A stretch of 64,000 bases of DNA from Octopus bimaculoides (GCF_001194135.2 NC_068984.1:46390955-46454954), one strand, 5' to 3'; shown: positions 12,690 to 26,650, counted from the first letter of the stretch. Made by a program: numbers and translations. The notes: generated from the letters alone by a model not told the origin.

Positions 12690-13183
12690 CTTTTCTTTTA
12701 CTCTCTTACTTGTTTCAGTCATTTTGACTGCGGCCATGCTGGAGCACCACCTTTAGTCGAACAAATCGACCCCAGGACTTATTCTTTGGAAGCCTAGCAT
12801 TTATTCTATCAGTTTTTGTGCCGAACCGCTAAGTTACGGGGACGTAAACACACCAGCATCGTTTGTCAAGCGATGTTGGGGAGACAAACACAGACACACA
12901 AACACACACATACATACACACACACATATATATATACATATATACGACGGGCTTCTTTCAGTTTCCGTCTACCAAATCCACTCACAAGGCNNNNNNNNNN
13001 CATATATATATACATATATACGACGGGCTTCTTTCAGTTTCCGTCTACCAAATCCACTCACAAGGCTTTGGGCGGCCCGAGGCTATAGTAGAAGACACTT
13101 GCCCAAGGTGCCACGCAGTGGGACTGAACCCGGAACCATGCGGTTGGTAAGCAAGCTACTTACCACACAGACATTCCTGCGCC
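12690..13183 (-). mobile_element. tRNA-derived SINE family A, full length; a 10-N gap duplicates part of the head
   Basis: Reverse complement reads ggcgcaggaatgtctgtgtggtaagtagcttgc...ggttccgggttcagtcccactgcgtggcaccttgggcaagtgtc...gaagcccgtcgt, then a microsatellite, then tail ggtgctccagcatggccgcagtcaaaatgactgaaac. Confidence 0.92.
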
Positions 13184-13454
13184 TATACATATAAATACAT
13201 ATATGTACTCACTCTCACACACTCACACACGTACATATATATATCCAGATACATGTGTATGTGCATGTATGTATGTATGTATGTATATGTATGTATGTAT
13301 ATATATGTNNNNNNNNNNNNNNNNNNNNNNNNNNNNNNNNNNNNNNNNNNNNNNNNNNNNNNNNNNNNNNNNNNNNNNNNNNNNNNNNNNNNNNNNNNNN
13401 NNNNNNNNNNNNNNNNNNNNNATATATATATATATATAGGAATTTTCACTTGAC

Positions 13455-13530
13455 CGGATAACTGAAGAGATGTTGGCGTGGGCTTCCACCCTGGCATCCG
13501 AAACTCGCAGCTTCATCATGGCTACTGAAT
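13455..13530 (+). ncRNA. Degenerate hammerhead-ribozyme-like motif
   Basis: CTGAAGA (13462-68), hairpin GATGTTGG-C-GTGG[gctt]CCAC-C-CTGGCATC, then C-GAAAC; stems I and III poorly formed. Confidence 0.4.
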
Positions 13531-13535
13531 AAGTG

Positions 13536-13585
<50 letters not shown>

Positions 13586-15689
13586 GGATCAAAACAGTTT
13601 GATTGAAATTCGTTGGTATTCCAATTTTCAAGCGTGAAGTTAGTCTTCAGCCATTTTGAATTTGAATGAAAGCTGATTGTTATTACCGTAAGGTGGGCTG
13701 TGACTGGTCGTGGAAAGTCACGCAGTGTCGTGGTTTAACTGCATGGTTAAGAGGAAATGGACCGCGTGGTGAACAGGATATCTGTCGGGTTGGAGGGGAA
13801 GTAGGAAATGGCGGTATGTGCAAGAATATAGATGTATATGTGGGTGTGTGAAAGTGCTCATATGGTTTTGCGTGCATGTCTGTATTGATGCGATTGTGTG
13901 CATCTGTATATGGGCGCGCGCGCTGAAGCTCTACACATATATGAACGAACATGCGCGTGCACAAACACATACATGTAGAATTTGTTTCAGAAATTTGACT
14001 GGCATTCATGGGAAATGGCTGTACCAATACTTACTAGAGTCAATGTAGATTTGGTAGTTTTTATTGTTGTTCTTTATCTCTTGTGAACCCAATAAAAACA
14101 AAACAGTCCTTGTTTAACAGCATTAAAGACATGTCCATTCGACATTTTTGTTACGTTTCATTAGATGTTCTTTTTGTCAAAGACAGAAGCTTGTAACATG
14201 GTAGTGATATGGTTGCTTCTATTAACAGATTATTGAGCACGTAGAAACTTCCCTATTTTTAGTTATATCTTATTTGTTCAAAGTAAGTTTTATGCTAATT
14301 GTATACAACATGAAGGGATTTCCGACATACCACGTTCATAGGTTTCCTATAACTAGCAGAAAGTTGTCAGCTCGAATCTCTATGTTGACAAATGATTAAC
14401 ATATCCAGACCAAGATTTCACAATTATTTTCGCCAGTCAATTTCCGCTGTCACTCTGATTGGGGGACTGGTCTCAGGTGTACCAGCTTTGAATATTTCAT
14501 CTATTTTCAGACGCGGCGTGAAGAGAACTAAACTATGGAATGTAACTGTCTATTTCCATTGGAACTGCAAGGTGTAATTCAAAGAGTCTTGGTTGTTATT
14601 GCAGTAATTTTAAGTCAACACTCTAGTAGCCCGGAAGAAGCTATTTCTCATCAAACAACATCCTTTAAAAGTATAGTAATTTGTCTTACCCACTGAATGC
14701 TACAAACAATATAAAGAAAAAAGTCAACAAACCAATTCCATGGATCTTTGTAATTATGGAAATGTTAAACTTAACTCTAAATATCATATTGATAGTATAC
14801 TTCATTGAATCAATGAGAAATGTCCGACATTAAAAGCTGAAGATTAGACAAAGACGAGTCTGGATAAAAAAAAAACATCGACATTACACTGTCATATTTG
14901 TAAAGAGATTCCAATGAAATTCTAGTTATTAATTCTTGAGTTCATGAAATAAGAATTGTAGATGGAAATTATATTTCCGAGACCATACATACGGTTGTAA
15001 CAACTATATAATTCCTATCAGCGAGTCAACACAAGTAAAAGTAGTTTCCACGAACGAAAATATTGTATATGGTGATAATTTATATGAGTGAACTTTAAAT
15101 AGATCAAGTGGATCTATAAAAAGCTAATATTAGTAATTATACTTTAATTTGTGGTTGATATATATTTAAGAAATACATTTTAAATAATGAGCCTAATGGA
15201 GTTTTCTATGTGGTCTCTTTTCTCTGATCGACGTGAAGTGTCTTTGAAACGATAGTATGTACATTTACAGCATTAATGTAGCTACAATTCTTAGGTTACA
15301 ATGACAGACACTAAAAGGCATCAACAGAAATGGACGTCCTGAAAGCGGGACACAAACTGCCATGATTCATATCATTAGGAGCGTTTTTGTCCAGGAAAGT
15401 AACATTTCCTAGAACAGGCTTTAGTGATCAACACCAATATACAAATACAGTTATCGTTGTTTATAAAGCAGAATTATGCGATGATATTATTCTTGATTAG
15501 ATAGGTTATAATGAAACACTTCATCTCATCCATTCGAAAACGTCATTTACTTCCGTTGTACATCTCGGTGATTCTTAAAGAAATTTGTGGACATAAAGCA
15601 GGGAACATCAAACTATAGTTCAAATAATACAGCTTTCCAGTTTTAATTATAACTTAAGAAGGATGAGTACGCTCGATTTATGACTGGAT

Positions 15690-15840
15690 TGATGATAATA
15701 ATGACGATTCAAAATAATGATTATTACGAGAATGATGAGAATGACGATATCAATAATGATGCAAATGATGATGTTGACGATGATGATGACGATAATAATG
15801 GTGGTGGTAGTGCTGGTGATGATGATGATGATGATGGATT
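15690..15840. repeat. (GAT/AAT)-rich low-complexity repeat
   Basis: Directly visible. Confidence 0.85.
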
Positions 15841-16124
15841 TCTTTGCCGACAGAAGCCATAGCGTCGCTTATATATGATTAATCTTCTTGAGATCTAATT
15901 GATGTTGGCCGACATATATTTTTTTCGTTACAGGAATGGAATTAGTGGTTGAAAAACATAAAAATGCAATAAATTAGTAAACTAAAACACATTAGAAAGC
16001 ACAATAAAAATTCTGACTGAAAATAAAATAGAAAACAGGAAAATATGAAAGCAAAACATAACTGCTGCATTCACATCAAGACATGGCTAAGAGGAGAAAA
16101 CGGAGAGAAATATGAGACGATTGT

Positions 16125-16139
16125 GATGATGATGATGAC

Positions 16140-16202
<63 letters not shown>

Positions 16203-16295
16203 CATCATCATGATGATGATGATGATCATCATCATGATGATGATGATGATCATGATGAGGATAACGATGATGACAATGATGACGAAAGTCATGAT
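16125..16295. repeat. (GAT)n microsatellite with embedded (CAT)n blocks
   Basis: Directly visible. Confidence 0.95.
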
Positions 16296-16854
16296 AACAA
16301 GAGGAAGACGAAGATGGTGATGCAGATTTAGCGCCGAAAGTATAAGTACAAACATATGAAATCAATGCTGTTATAATAAAAATTTTAAAAACCCAATAGG
16401 ATAGATGTAAATAATGTAAAAAACTGAAAATAATGCAAAAAATATCATTGGATACTTGAAAAACAGGAAACAAAAATCAGAATGATTACTACAATAACGA
16501 TATGAAACTAATATAAGAATCAAGTCTCTAAGACACGATCTGCTAAACATAGCAGCCGAAATTTAGTCAATGACACCTTCCGTCTAATCAAACAATGAGA
16601 CACCAAACACCGTTAAATATTATAAGCAAATATGTTGGGTGTATTACGGTGGACGACATATTTAGTCATCATGGTTGAAGACAAACAACGAGAAAATAAA
16701 TTGCAATATGATTGACAAAAATGTGAAGATATGAGATAGAAATATAGTTGTGAACTGCTCGGAGAATAGTGCAGCTGAAGAGCGGAAAAAATATATGGAG
16801 AACTCCAAAAATACTAGAAGGTGCACTGATATTCAGTAAACAAGTATTCATACA

Positions 16855-17050
<196 letters not shown>

Positions 17051-17186
17051 ACAGAGGTCTTCCGCACATTTTTGTTTTCAGATTCGTTTTCTAAACCTTT
17101 TGTTTTACACTCGTTGCGTTATTATTTTTTTTTATAGATTTCGTTTCCGGGTAATAATCTCAACATTAACCTTACCGGTATGTGCA

Positions 17187-17250
17187 ATGTGTGTGAGTGT
17201 ATGTGTGTGAGTGTATGTGTGTGAGTGTATGTGTGTGAGTGTATGTGTGT
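17187..17250. repeat. 14-bp minisatellite (atgtgtgtgagtgt) x ~4.5
   Basis: Exact tandem units visible. Confidence 0.9.
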
Positions 17251-17349
17251 GGTTGAAATCTACGGATGCACAAACGCATAAAACGGAGAAAATTAAACAA
17301 ATATGGACAACTTGTTCCGAAACACTCCCGAGTGGGGAAAAGTTCTCAA

Positions 17350-18140
17350 AATCTACTCAGAGTGCTATTATCTAAGGCTTCTATTACACCGTGTCAAGGG
17401 ATCCACATCATTTACAGTGTTACATACAGTTGATATCACTGTATGCCAAACATATAGCCAGACTTGCCATCTCAGAGGTCTTCTGGAAGATGATGCACAC
17501 TGGGATGCCATTCTGACAGAGGCATAAATGTGCAAGTCTCCTATGCAGCTGTGAAACCTACCTCTTCTCCACCATGTTGATGAACTGTGGATTCTCACGT
17601 CCAAATCAACTTTGGTACAAAACAAGGAGGGGCTTTCTGAAACATTCTTCAAAGAATTCAGTTTCAGTGAGATGGTGATGTCATATTGAATGATGACATC
17701 TTCAATGAGGTATTAAGATTCATAGACGGCAAAGTTCAATCACTGGGTGGAAACAAACTTGAAATCTATGGTTTTCCAGTTCCTGTCAGAGATTTTCAAC
17801 ACAGATTAGCACAAGAGCTAATCAGGGAAACATCATACAACATGAAAAGTTTGCAAGCAGTTGTCAATGAAAAGGAACCAATTCTTGTAGGGATCAAAAG
17901 GAGGCATACTGGCAAATTCTTACAACTGTGGTCAATAACACTGGTGGAGTCTTCTTAGATGCTCCTGGAGACACACGAAAGACATTATTGATGAGCCTGT
18001 TCTTTGCTAAGGTGAGACAGAAGAAGAAGATTGCTCTGGCTGTTACATCCTCTGGAATTGCAGCCACACTCCTAACAGGTGGAAGAACAGCCCATTCAAC
18101 ATTCAAGCTATCTCTGAACCTCATCCAAAATGAAACTGAA
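17350..18140 (+). mobile_element. Helitron Rep/helicase pseudogene fragment (Rep-helicase linker to PIF1 motifs I/Ia)
   Basis: ECYYLRLLLHRVKGSTSF...RGLLEDDAHWDAILTEA; LIRETSYN; GGVFLDAPGDTRKT (Walker A, FLDAPGGTGKT-like); ALAVTSSGIAATLLTGGRTAHSTFKL. Confidence 0.92.
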
Positions 18141-19759
18141 AGCTTAAACAGAAAGGAATACGATGAGAATCAAACCTACATCAATATTCTCGTATAACAT
18201 TTAGATAAACTTTGGATCAGCATACACCAGGTAATTTAAGAAGATATATTTTCAAAACCTAAACATCTTCACGATTAGAAACAGAACACTTTAAAAAAAG
18301 AGTGCGTAACAAATATGTAAAAAAAAAAAACCCGGGAACAAAAAGAAGTATAAATGAGAATAACATGCTAACAACTTGAACGGCGATGATAACATGACAC
18401 TTAAAATGCAAATCAAGTAAAACACATTAAAAAAGGAAATGCTACAACAAAGCTCAGACTACTGACTAACAAATCTCAAACTAGAACATCAGATATAAAA
18501 TCAAGAATAAAAGTGTACGGCAAAATTTACGAATGGAAAATCCTAATGATGAAAATGATGCATGTGACAAAACTCTATACATGATTATAATTAAAGATTT
18601 AAAATAAAGTGAAAAACGTAGAAGATAACCTCTATGTAGAAATTTAATGATAAAAAGTGCACTGATAATCATCGCAGAAAGTGAAAATCCAACAAGAATA
18701 TCAATAATACCAAGAAGTAACAAAATTTAATATTCAATTGCTACAGTAGTTATGAAGGAACATGGTTGTTCCGTAGGATTTACTCATAGAGAATCGTAAA
18801 ATCTTTAATTTAATCAATGAAACAGCTGGAAGAAAAGATACATGGTGAATAAACACTTCTGAAATCTAACGTAAAAAAAGAAGAAAAGAAGTAACAGAAA
18901 CCAATGAATGATTAGAACAATAATCCGCGTTAGATTTTAGAAAAGTTGACTACAAGTATTTGAAAAAGGAAAAGTAAGCTGCTAAACTCCGTTCTTATAA
19001 GAATTTCTCAAGAAGTGAAAAAGTAAAAAAAAAAAAAAAAAAGATTATATATAAAAATCAACCGAAATATATGCAACATTACCAGAAAACGAAATTGAGG
19101 AAATATGGTGAAAGTATTGATACGAAATTATACAAAGTTACAGTTGCATTAAGTGAATAATCGTCGGGCGCCACATCACCTGAAGAAACTGTATCGACGA
19201 AAAAAGAAAGAAATGATAAAAGGAAAGTACCATGAAACAGTAAAACAAAAAAATTTCTAATTGAGGTATTTAACAAGCAAAGAAAGTAATATCAGATTTT
19301 TAGTAACCCATTGTAAGTACTGAAAATAACAACTGACTAGTCCGCTGAAGGTAAAACAATTTTATCTCCTAGATTACCCAAAGAAGAAATACTAAGATCC
19401 ACGTAGCGATAACCTGCTTAGTTGAAAGAATATTACAGAGATAAAGAAAAGAATGAAGGATTAAAGGCGCTCTACTTTCAGAATGTAGCAAGAGCTTGTT
19501 ATAAAGTCACCTATTCGAAGTATTAGTTTCAACATAAAATAGCTTGTTTCTAAAAGAATTAGATAAATTAGCTAAATATATATACAGGGAGCTAGAAATA
19601 AAGATTATCAGACTGAGAATTCAAAACAGAAATGTTGCATAGGTGTCTTTGGAATCATGAAAATAATGCTTACAAATACTTAGCCAAAACCCAAGATGAA
19701 GAATTATATATGTATACATAAATCATGTATATAAAGATATACATGTATTGGCAGACACA

Positions 19760-19765
19760 CACACA

Positions 19766-19834
<69 letters not shown>

Positions 19835-20395
19835 GCAACTCAAGAAGAAAATCCCTATCACTGTCATAACTACCATTCAAGCCATGCTACTACTAATAGC
19901 ACAGGTANNNNNNNNNNNNNNNNNNNNNNNNNNNNNNNNNNNNNNNNNNNNNNNNNNNNNNNNNNNNNNNNNNNNNNNNNNNNNNNNNNNNNNNNNNNNN
20001 NNNNNNNNNNNNNNNNNNNNNNNNNNNNNNNNNNNNNNNNNNNNNNNNNNNNNNNNNNNNNNNNNNNNNNNNNNNNNNNNNNNNNNNNNNNNNNNNNNNN
20101 NNNNNNNNNNNNNNNNNNNNNNNNNNNNNNNNNNNNNNNNNNNNNNNNNNNNNNNNNNNNNNNNNNNNNNNNNNNNNNNNNNNNNNNNNNNNNNNNNNNN
20201 NNNNNNNNNNNNNNNNNNNNNNNNNNNNNNNNNNNNNNNNNNNNNNNNNNNNNNNNNNNNNNNNNNNNNNNNNNNNNNNNNNNNNNNNNNNNNNNNNNNN
20301 NNNCCGCCGCCGCCAATACCACCACAACCACCACTGTTATCATCGCCACCGCCGCAACCACCACCACCACCACCACCACCACCTCCGCCGCCGCG
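19760..20395. repeat. (CA)n, N gap 19908-20303, (CCA/CCG)n
   Basis: Directly visible. Confidence 0.9.
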
Positions 20396-20472
20396 TAACA
20401 ACGGCAAGAACGAGGGCACCTGATCTGTGCGGAGAAAGAGGAACCAATCTGAACACGTTCATTCTTCTATGC

Positions 20473-20640
20473 CAGTGGTTCTCATCCTAGGTTCGTATGC
20501 CCCCTGAGGGTCCATATAAGGTTTTGTGGGTCCATGCAATAAAATAGTAAATTGAGGATCCACAATAGTATTTTAAGGGCCCCTGAAAAAAAATTGTTTT
20601 AGTTGTATGTATTCTCAATCTCTTCCATATACGAATGTTC
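20473..20640 (+). mobile_element. hAT-like non-autonomous element, 5' fragment
   Basis: Starts CAGTGGTTCTC (terminus typical of hAT Charlie-type elements); homologous to 27488-27610 (tccatataag, aaaatagtaaa, taaggg...ctgaaaaaaa). Confidence 0.65.
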
Positions 20641-22879
20641 CTATGAAACATCATTATCCTGAGTGTACTGTTCCCATAGCCTTTCTGTGAGCCTGAACAG
20701 GGCATGAGATATACCGTTTACTTACATCCAAATGGGCTAGCTATTATATTTATTTGACATCTCTTCTCTGATATTTTGCTCCATTGTATAATCAATGAAC
20801 ATCATTAGCTTACAAGACGAAAACAAAAAAATGGAAATAACATATTATAGAACTCGTATGAGAAATTCGTGGGTTGAAATTGTTGAAATGCTGCTCAACA
20901 CTGCTGTATTTTTAGAGATATTCCAGTTTATAACCTGCACATAATTATTTTATTTTGGCAGATTTTAAATATTAATACTGACACAGGTGAAAACCAGAGC
21001 AACATCAGATTTGTAACGTTGGAATAACTACCTAAAGGTTGTACTGCATAAGGAGTTATACCGTTATAAATAATACATATTATCTTCCTATTTCGATAGT
21101 GCAGTGTTAACAGTATAGCGAGGGCAAAATCGGCTTTTATAAAAAATTAGTGTATTTGCTCAAAATCATTTCATATCATTTGAAATCAGTACCATAGATT
21201 CGAAATATAACAAGCATGTAGTTAATTACATTGTTTCGTATTTTTCCTTACTTATCACAGGCGGGATTTATATTTTATTTTCAAATAGGATTGGTTGAAT
21301 CTCTGACTAGTTTTGATTGTTATAATCTTACATATCCATAAGTGAAATAAGAGAGAAATACTTTTACTTCTTATGCTGATGGTAACAGGATTTAAGCAAA
21401 TGGACTTCGCACCCTACCAAGGGAATCCGTCGTACAGTCACTGTAAATAATCACCAAAAAACTCAGCTGAGATATTTACAATGGAAATTTCCTTTTCCTA
21501 CATTCAAATAGACAAAACAATCAATACATAAATGCCATTTGTATATAATACTGAAATGAATGGAAATTTCTGAACTTCAGGTGACACTCGCACGTGCGTC
21601 TATAGTAGTGGATACTATAGACTAGACATTTGTATTGATCGATTGATTGGTCTATATGTAGTCACTTTCTGCTAGAAATATCAGTCCGAACACCTCCAAG
21701 TCAGTACTACCCGTCTCAAAAAATATCTGAAAGTTACCTTGGTTTAGTCCGCTGAGTTCCTTTGCAAGAACCACAGACTTTCAAGATTCTTTTTCTGAGA
21801 TGTAGATTCGAGTCGCATTGCAGATGGAAAGGATTAATTTGAGCACAGGTATAACTGTATGGTCAGAAATATTTGCTTCGTACTCATGCAAGTTTAAATA
21901 CTAGAACTGGTGCTACGATTTCAAAATAATCACTCTTGGATTCATACTTAAGTATATAGGTGTTGCTGTCGAAGATCGAAGTTAAAATACGTAGATATAA
22001 CCACATGTATATCGAAATATCTCGAATAAGGAAACCAGATCAAGTTGTTGGCAAGAAGTTTATTAAATAGTAGTCTCTAAAGATACAACTGAGTTTCCTG
22101 ATAATTGTTACTAATAACCAGAACGACTATAGAAGGAAAGCTGATATGCTTGTATGAAACACTTCCACTCAGTTATAAAGTACTTATAATGACTGACATT
22201 TCTGTTATTTGTTGGGTTGCATATCGTCTCATAATTTGTAGTTAAATTACATGCAGGTACACGGATATCTACTCACTAAAGGCGGAGTACAGTGAAAACA
22301 TGCAAAAGGAATATAGAGGAGCAAAGTAATGAAGAAAAATGCCAGCAAAGGTAAAAAAAGACAGAAATATGATAGAAAACGAAAGAAATGGACGAGCCTT
22401 CATGCATGTCCTTCGTTATAGGTCTCCGAGTCTTCCGTTGTAATCGTAATGTTTCGGCTAATCACAGTTTGAAGATCCAATAAATTCATAACAGTGATGT
22501 GATTATAGAGTGCACTTTGAAATGTTATGGCACGCGCACACGTGTGTGTGCGCTACCAAAGGAAAGGAGAAAATGAGAATGGGAGAGAAAGAACTTTTTC
22601 GGGTTTACGTACCCAATACAAGAAAATTAAATAAAAAAAGATTCAGAAACGCGTGCACATCTATGCATGCATGAGAACGCAAACACTTCTGTCATAGCAT
22701 TTCCTGTGTTTTATAGGCGTGGAGTGAACAAAACCAACTTTGCATATATTGATACTATCAGCGACTTGCTGTGCTTCCTTACCGAATATTAAGGTGATCT
22801 CTATCTTTTCTGATGAACTGACAAAACCTATAAAAATGATATTCTGAAATAAATCGTAATCTCTGCCTACATATCGCTA

Positions 22880-22955
22880 CATACATACATGCATACGTAA
22901 GTACGTACATACATGCATATATATATATGTTTGTGTGTGTATATATATATATGTT

Positions 22956-22996
<41 letters not shown>

Positions 22997-23065
22997 GTAT
23001 GTATGTATGTATGTATATATGTACGTATTTATGTACGTACGTACGTACGTATGTATGTATGCATG
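22880..23065. repeat. Compound (TACA)/(TA)/(TATG)/(TACG) microsatellite
   Basis: Directly visible. Confidence 0.9.
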
Positions 23066-23070
23066 TATAA

Positions 23071-23356
23071 CTGGCATACAGTTGGTTACGACGTCGTGTG
23101 TTCCAGTTGGTCTAATCAGTGGAACAGCCTGGTAGTGAACTCAGCGTGCATGTGGTTGATCAATGAGCAGGCACATATATCATTAAAGTAGTTCAGCGTG
23201 ACACAATATATGGGTCATTGAATTACAGGTATAGCTCCTTTTCACCAGTAGCATGAAGCAAAGTGAAATGAAATGTCTTGCTCGAGGACACAATGTGCCG
23301 CCAGGAATCGAACTCACGGCCGTACGAATATCCGCAACACTAATGTACTTAACCAT
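23071..23356 (-). mobile_element. tRNA-derived SINE family B, diverged copy
   Basis: Colinear with 44476-44802 (gttacgacg, cagcgtgacaca, gtgaaat-aa-tgtcttgctc-aggaca, ggaat-gaactcacg). Confidence 0.75.
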
Positions 23357-23986
23357 CACACACTTACACACACACACACACATACCCACACACATACACA
23401 CGCATGCCCGCACGCGCAGTATGTTCGTTCGTTAATGCGAGTACGGATGTGGATCTGAATTTAATATCTAATTTTATAGTCAAGCATGTTATAATAATAT
23501 CGTTCAGCTTTACAAAATATATACGACTATGTTTGGGTACATCTATGTATCTGCATGTGTGCATATCAATTTAATTGATTACGCATAAGATAAGAAGGCA
23601 ACTTTCCCTCCTCCCCATATATATGTATATATATATATATATATATATAGGGAGGAGAGTAATTTATATATGGTTTAATATTTTTTTATAGTTTCAATGT
23701 CTGTGGCCTTAAAACAGCATATTTTCCCAGTGTTTTAAGTATGTTGTGGTATTTCTGATTGATACTCATTGTATCAAATGCTAATATATCGATTATCACA
23801 CTTGCCATTTTAGCACAAAGCGATTTTATTAGTCCTTTATTACGTGATATGTTGCTGTATCGAACACGTAAAGAAGAAATCTGATAATTGTGTACAATCA
23901 CGTAGACATGCTCATGCAGAAGTACAAACACGCAAAACATGTGCACACACAAACCCACGCGCACTGGCGCACACATACACGGTCAC

Positions 23987-24035
<49 letters not shown>

Positions 24036-24267
24036 TTGTGCGTGTGTGTGTGCGTGCATATATGTATATATTTGTATAATCTGCTGAAAGCTATCATTAC
24101 TTGTAGAGTTTCTCGAGTTTTGTATTTCCATTTTCTATTCAAAGTAATCATAAAATGAGAAAAAAAAATTCTTCTAAAGAGACAGGCATTCGTACACGAA
24201 CTCTTACACACGCGGCCACACCAATACCTATATTTATAATAGTGAATGTCTGTACATATAGCTACAT

Positions 24268-24390
24268 GTGTGTATGTATGTATGTACGTATGTATGTATG
24301 TATGTATGTATGTATGTATGTATGTATTTATGTATGTATGTATGCATCTACCTATCTCCTTATCTACCTATCATCGATCTCCCCGCTCTC

Positions 24391-24462
<72 letters not shown>

Positions 24463-24490
24463 GTGTGTGTGTGTTTGTGTGTTTGTATGT
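24268..24490. repeat. (TATG)n, (TA)n and (GT)n microsatellites
   Basis: Directly visible. Confidence 0.95.
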
Positions 24491-25274
24491 GTTTTCTCAT
24501 GGAAAAGTGAACCTACAGTAGATTTATATCAGTAAAATAAAAGCATACAAATGAAATAATGCCTCAGGTACATATTTCAGTGATCCTATAAAAAAATCCA
24601 ACAACGTAAAGGATTGATGAAGGTAATATTCATGAGTTATAAACAAAAATAAAACATCCTAACGTTAGATTTTAGATGCAAAACAGAGAAAAAAGTAAAA
24701 CATATTTAGGTGTCTATAATAGGAAATAACGTGTATGCTTGTAAGCATGTTTATAAACCAGTAAATTATGGAACCAATAGGAATATACAATAGCTATGAA
24801 ACCCAATGGTTTTCTATTTACAATGATATGAATTTCTTTTGAAGAATTTATGGAAATATAGGGATGAAATATAGCAGATGATCTATATAAAATGAATGAT
24901 ATCATTATTGTGAGGACAATGGTAGATAATGATCGATTATATTTTGAGAATAGCAAGTTGGACTATGAGCTGGATTAAGATTAAAGACATAATTATAGTT
25001 TAGGCATAATTGGATAAAGGATAAGTGAATAATGTGTAACGTAAATTTCGCATTGCTTGTAAAAATGAAGAAACAATACTTTCTTCTAATTTAAAGAATT
25101 CAAATTTAGGAGGAGAGAACAAGATCTAACATTTTTATGTGTATGCCTAGTTTTGAGATGTGGTCCTATTTTTTCATTGGGTGGCAATCAGTGACATTTT
25201 ATTAGATTTTATAGATAACCCTTATTTTATCACTTGTGATGATTCCCATCAAGAAAGTTTCGCGATAAAGTCCA

Positions 25275-25490
25275 GTCTCCATTGTCGAGCGACGGGTACC
25301 TCTTTGATGAAGCTGAGAAATAATTAGATGACAGGCCAACTGGTCATGTTTACACACATTTCCTTGTATATGAAGGTGTTTTATGGTCGAAGTGAACAGA
25401 GATGTTTCGCTAATTCTCGTACTGTTTGCTTTGCATTTTCCGCAACTACGGTTTTCAGAAGCTCAATATTCGCAGAAATTAAGCATCCAG
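25275..25490 (-). mobile_element. mariner transposase remnant (second HTH to WVPHEL region)
   Basis: IELLKTVVAENAKQTVRELAKHL and IKHLHIQGNVCKHDQLACH resemble ..LKALVE.DPRQTTRELA and HLHQIGKVKKLDKWVPHEL. Confidence 0.65.
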
Positions 25491-25964
25491 ATCGAAAAGA
25501 ATCTGCGAGATAAAGCTTTGACGAGTGAAACTAGATAAACTTGTTGATGTGACCAGAAACTTAATGTTTCCATAGACAGACGGAATCTTTACCCTTCTAT
25601 TGCTTTATGTAACATAGATCTGATCTAAACTTATGTTAAGTGGGAAAATCGAATTTAACCAAAATGTTGCATAATAATCTGGAAAAGAGTGAAAAATAAA
25701 AACTCTCAAAATATGTAAAAAGTAAAGCTTATATTAACCGTATCTTTTTTAAAAAAGTAGTCTGAATGTGATAGGATTTTATTTCCAATCTAATATATAA
25801 TTACATAATTATTAAAGTTCAATGTAGGGAGCAAATTATGTGTACTTGTAAAATATAGAAATGAATGGAGGACGAAAAGAAACGTTGGCAAATGTAATTC
25901 AAAGATCAGGGAAAATTATAAATTAAGATGGAATCAACACATAGATAAGTGTAATAATTCTTTC

Positions 25965-26110
25965 TTCTATACGCACGAGGCTGGAAATTTTGCTGGGAGG
26001 AGGGGGCGAGTGAATTACAACGACCCAGATGAGGACAAAATCCGTCAAAATGTAAATAATGTAAATAACGTACATAATGCCTCATCTCTTAAATATAGAA
26101 CTGTATTTTT
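25965..26110. repeat. SINE family D tail fragment (minus) followed by a Penelope-type terminal-repeat fragment
   Basis: ctatacgcacgaggctggaaattttg...gggggcgagtgaattacaacgaccca, then gatgaggacaaaatccgtcaaaatgtaaataatgtaaataa matching 45110-45170. Confidence 0.55.
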
Positions 26111-26469
26111 ACTATTGATGTAATTAATTAGTCTGCTGGCAATTTTTTTATAAGTCATGCATTTTATGAGAAAAATGTTAGTAAGGAGTTACAGACAATT
26201 TAGAGTAAAATAAAAATAAAGGCTACGAGAAAAAGATTAAGAGAATAGGCCTTGGAAACGAATGAATCTAAAGTATATAAAATAAGAAAACAAGAATATA
26301 AGCATATTGTGATAATAAAATGCAAATACTTAAACGTGGAAATATAAATACCGGGATTTATACTATTATATGCAAACAGGTAAACATAAATTGTATACGA
26401 GTCTACCGTAGAAACGATTAGCATTTCAACGGCATTTATACGTCACACTTGTAATCCTTTTCAACTTTG

Positions 26470-26650
26470 ATATCAGCAGTATGTTGGAACGTTGGGAAGT
26501 CACAATTGTAGCAATGGGATGCCACTCTCGGAAGGAGTTAAATATCTTGTAAGAGTCTCCCGTAGAACATTTTCCTGATTTGTTAATGGCTTCTCAGAAG
26601 AAACGTATTAAATCACGTTTCCCTATCGATACCCAAAGAATATGATCTGT
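26470..26650 (-). mobile_element. Possible Tc1/maT transposase remnant
   Basis: TNQENVLRETLTRYLTP resembles the INxxxYxxIL..YLLP segment preceding the second catalytic D. Confidence 0.3.

Noticed and set aside
12945-13070. Exact duplication of part of the SINE head
   Set aside because: Identical copies directly flank a 10-N gap, typical of an unmerged contig overlap.
14500-14700. ttttcag acceptor followed by a short ORF (MECNCLFPLELQG...)
   Set aside because: About 53 codons, no recognisable homology and no convincing donor.
18200-19600. A-rich region resembling a decayed retroelement ORF1
   Set aside because: No diagnostic motif could be recovered in any frame.
21389-21450. Possible first coding micro-exon MDFAPYQGNPSYSH with gtaaat donor
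   Set aside because: Too short, weak splice signals, no partner exons identified.
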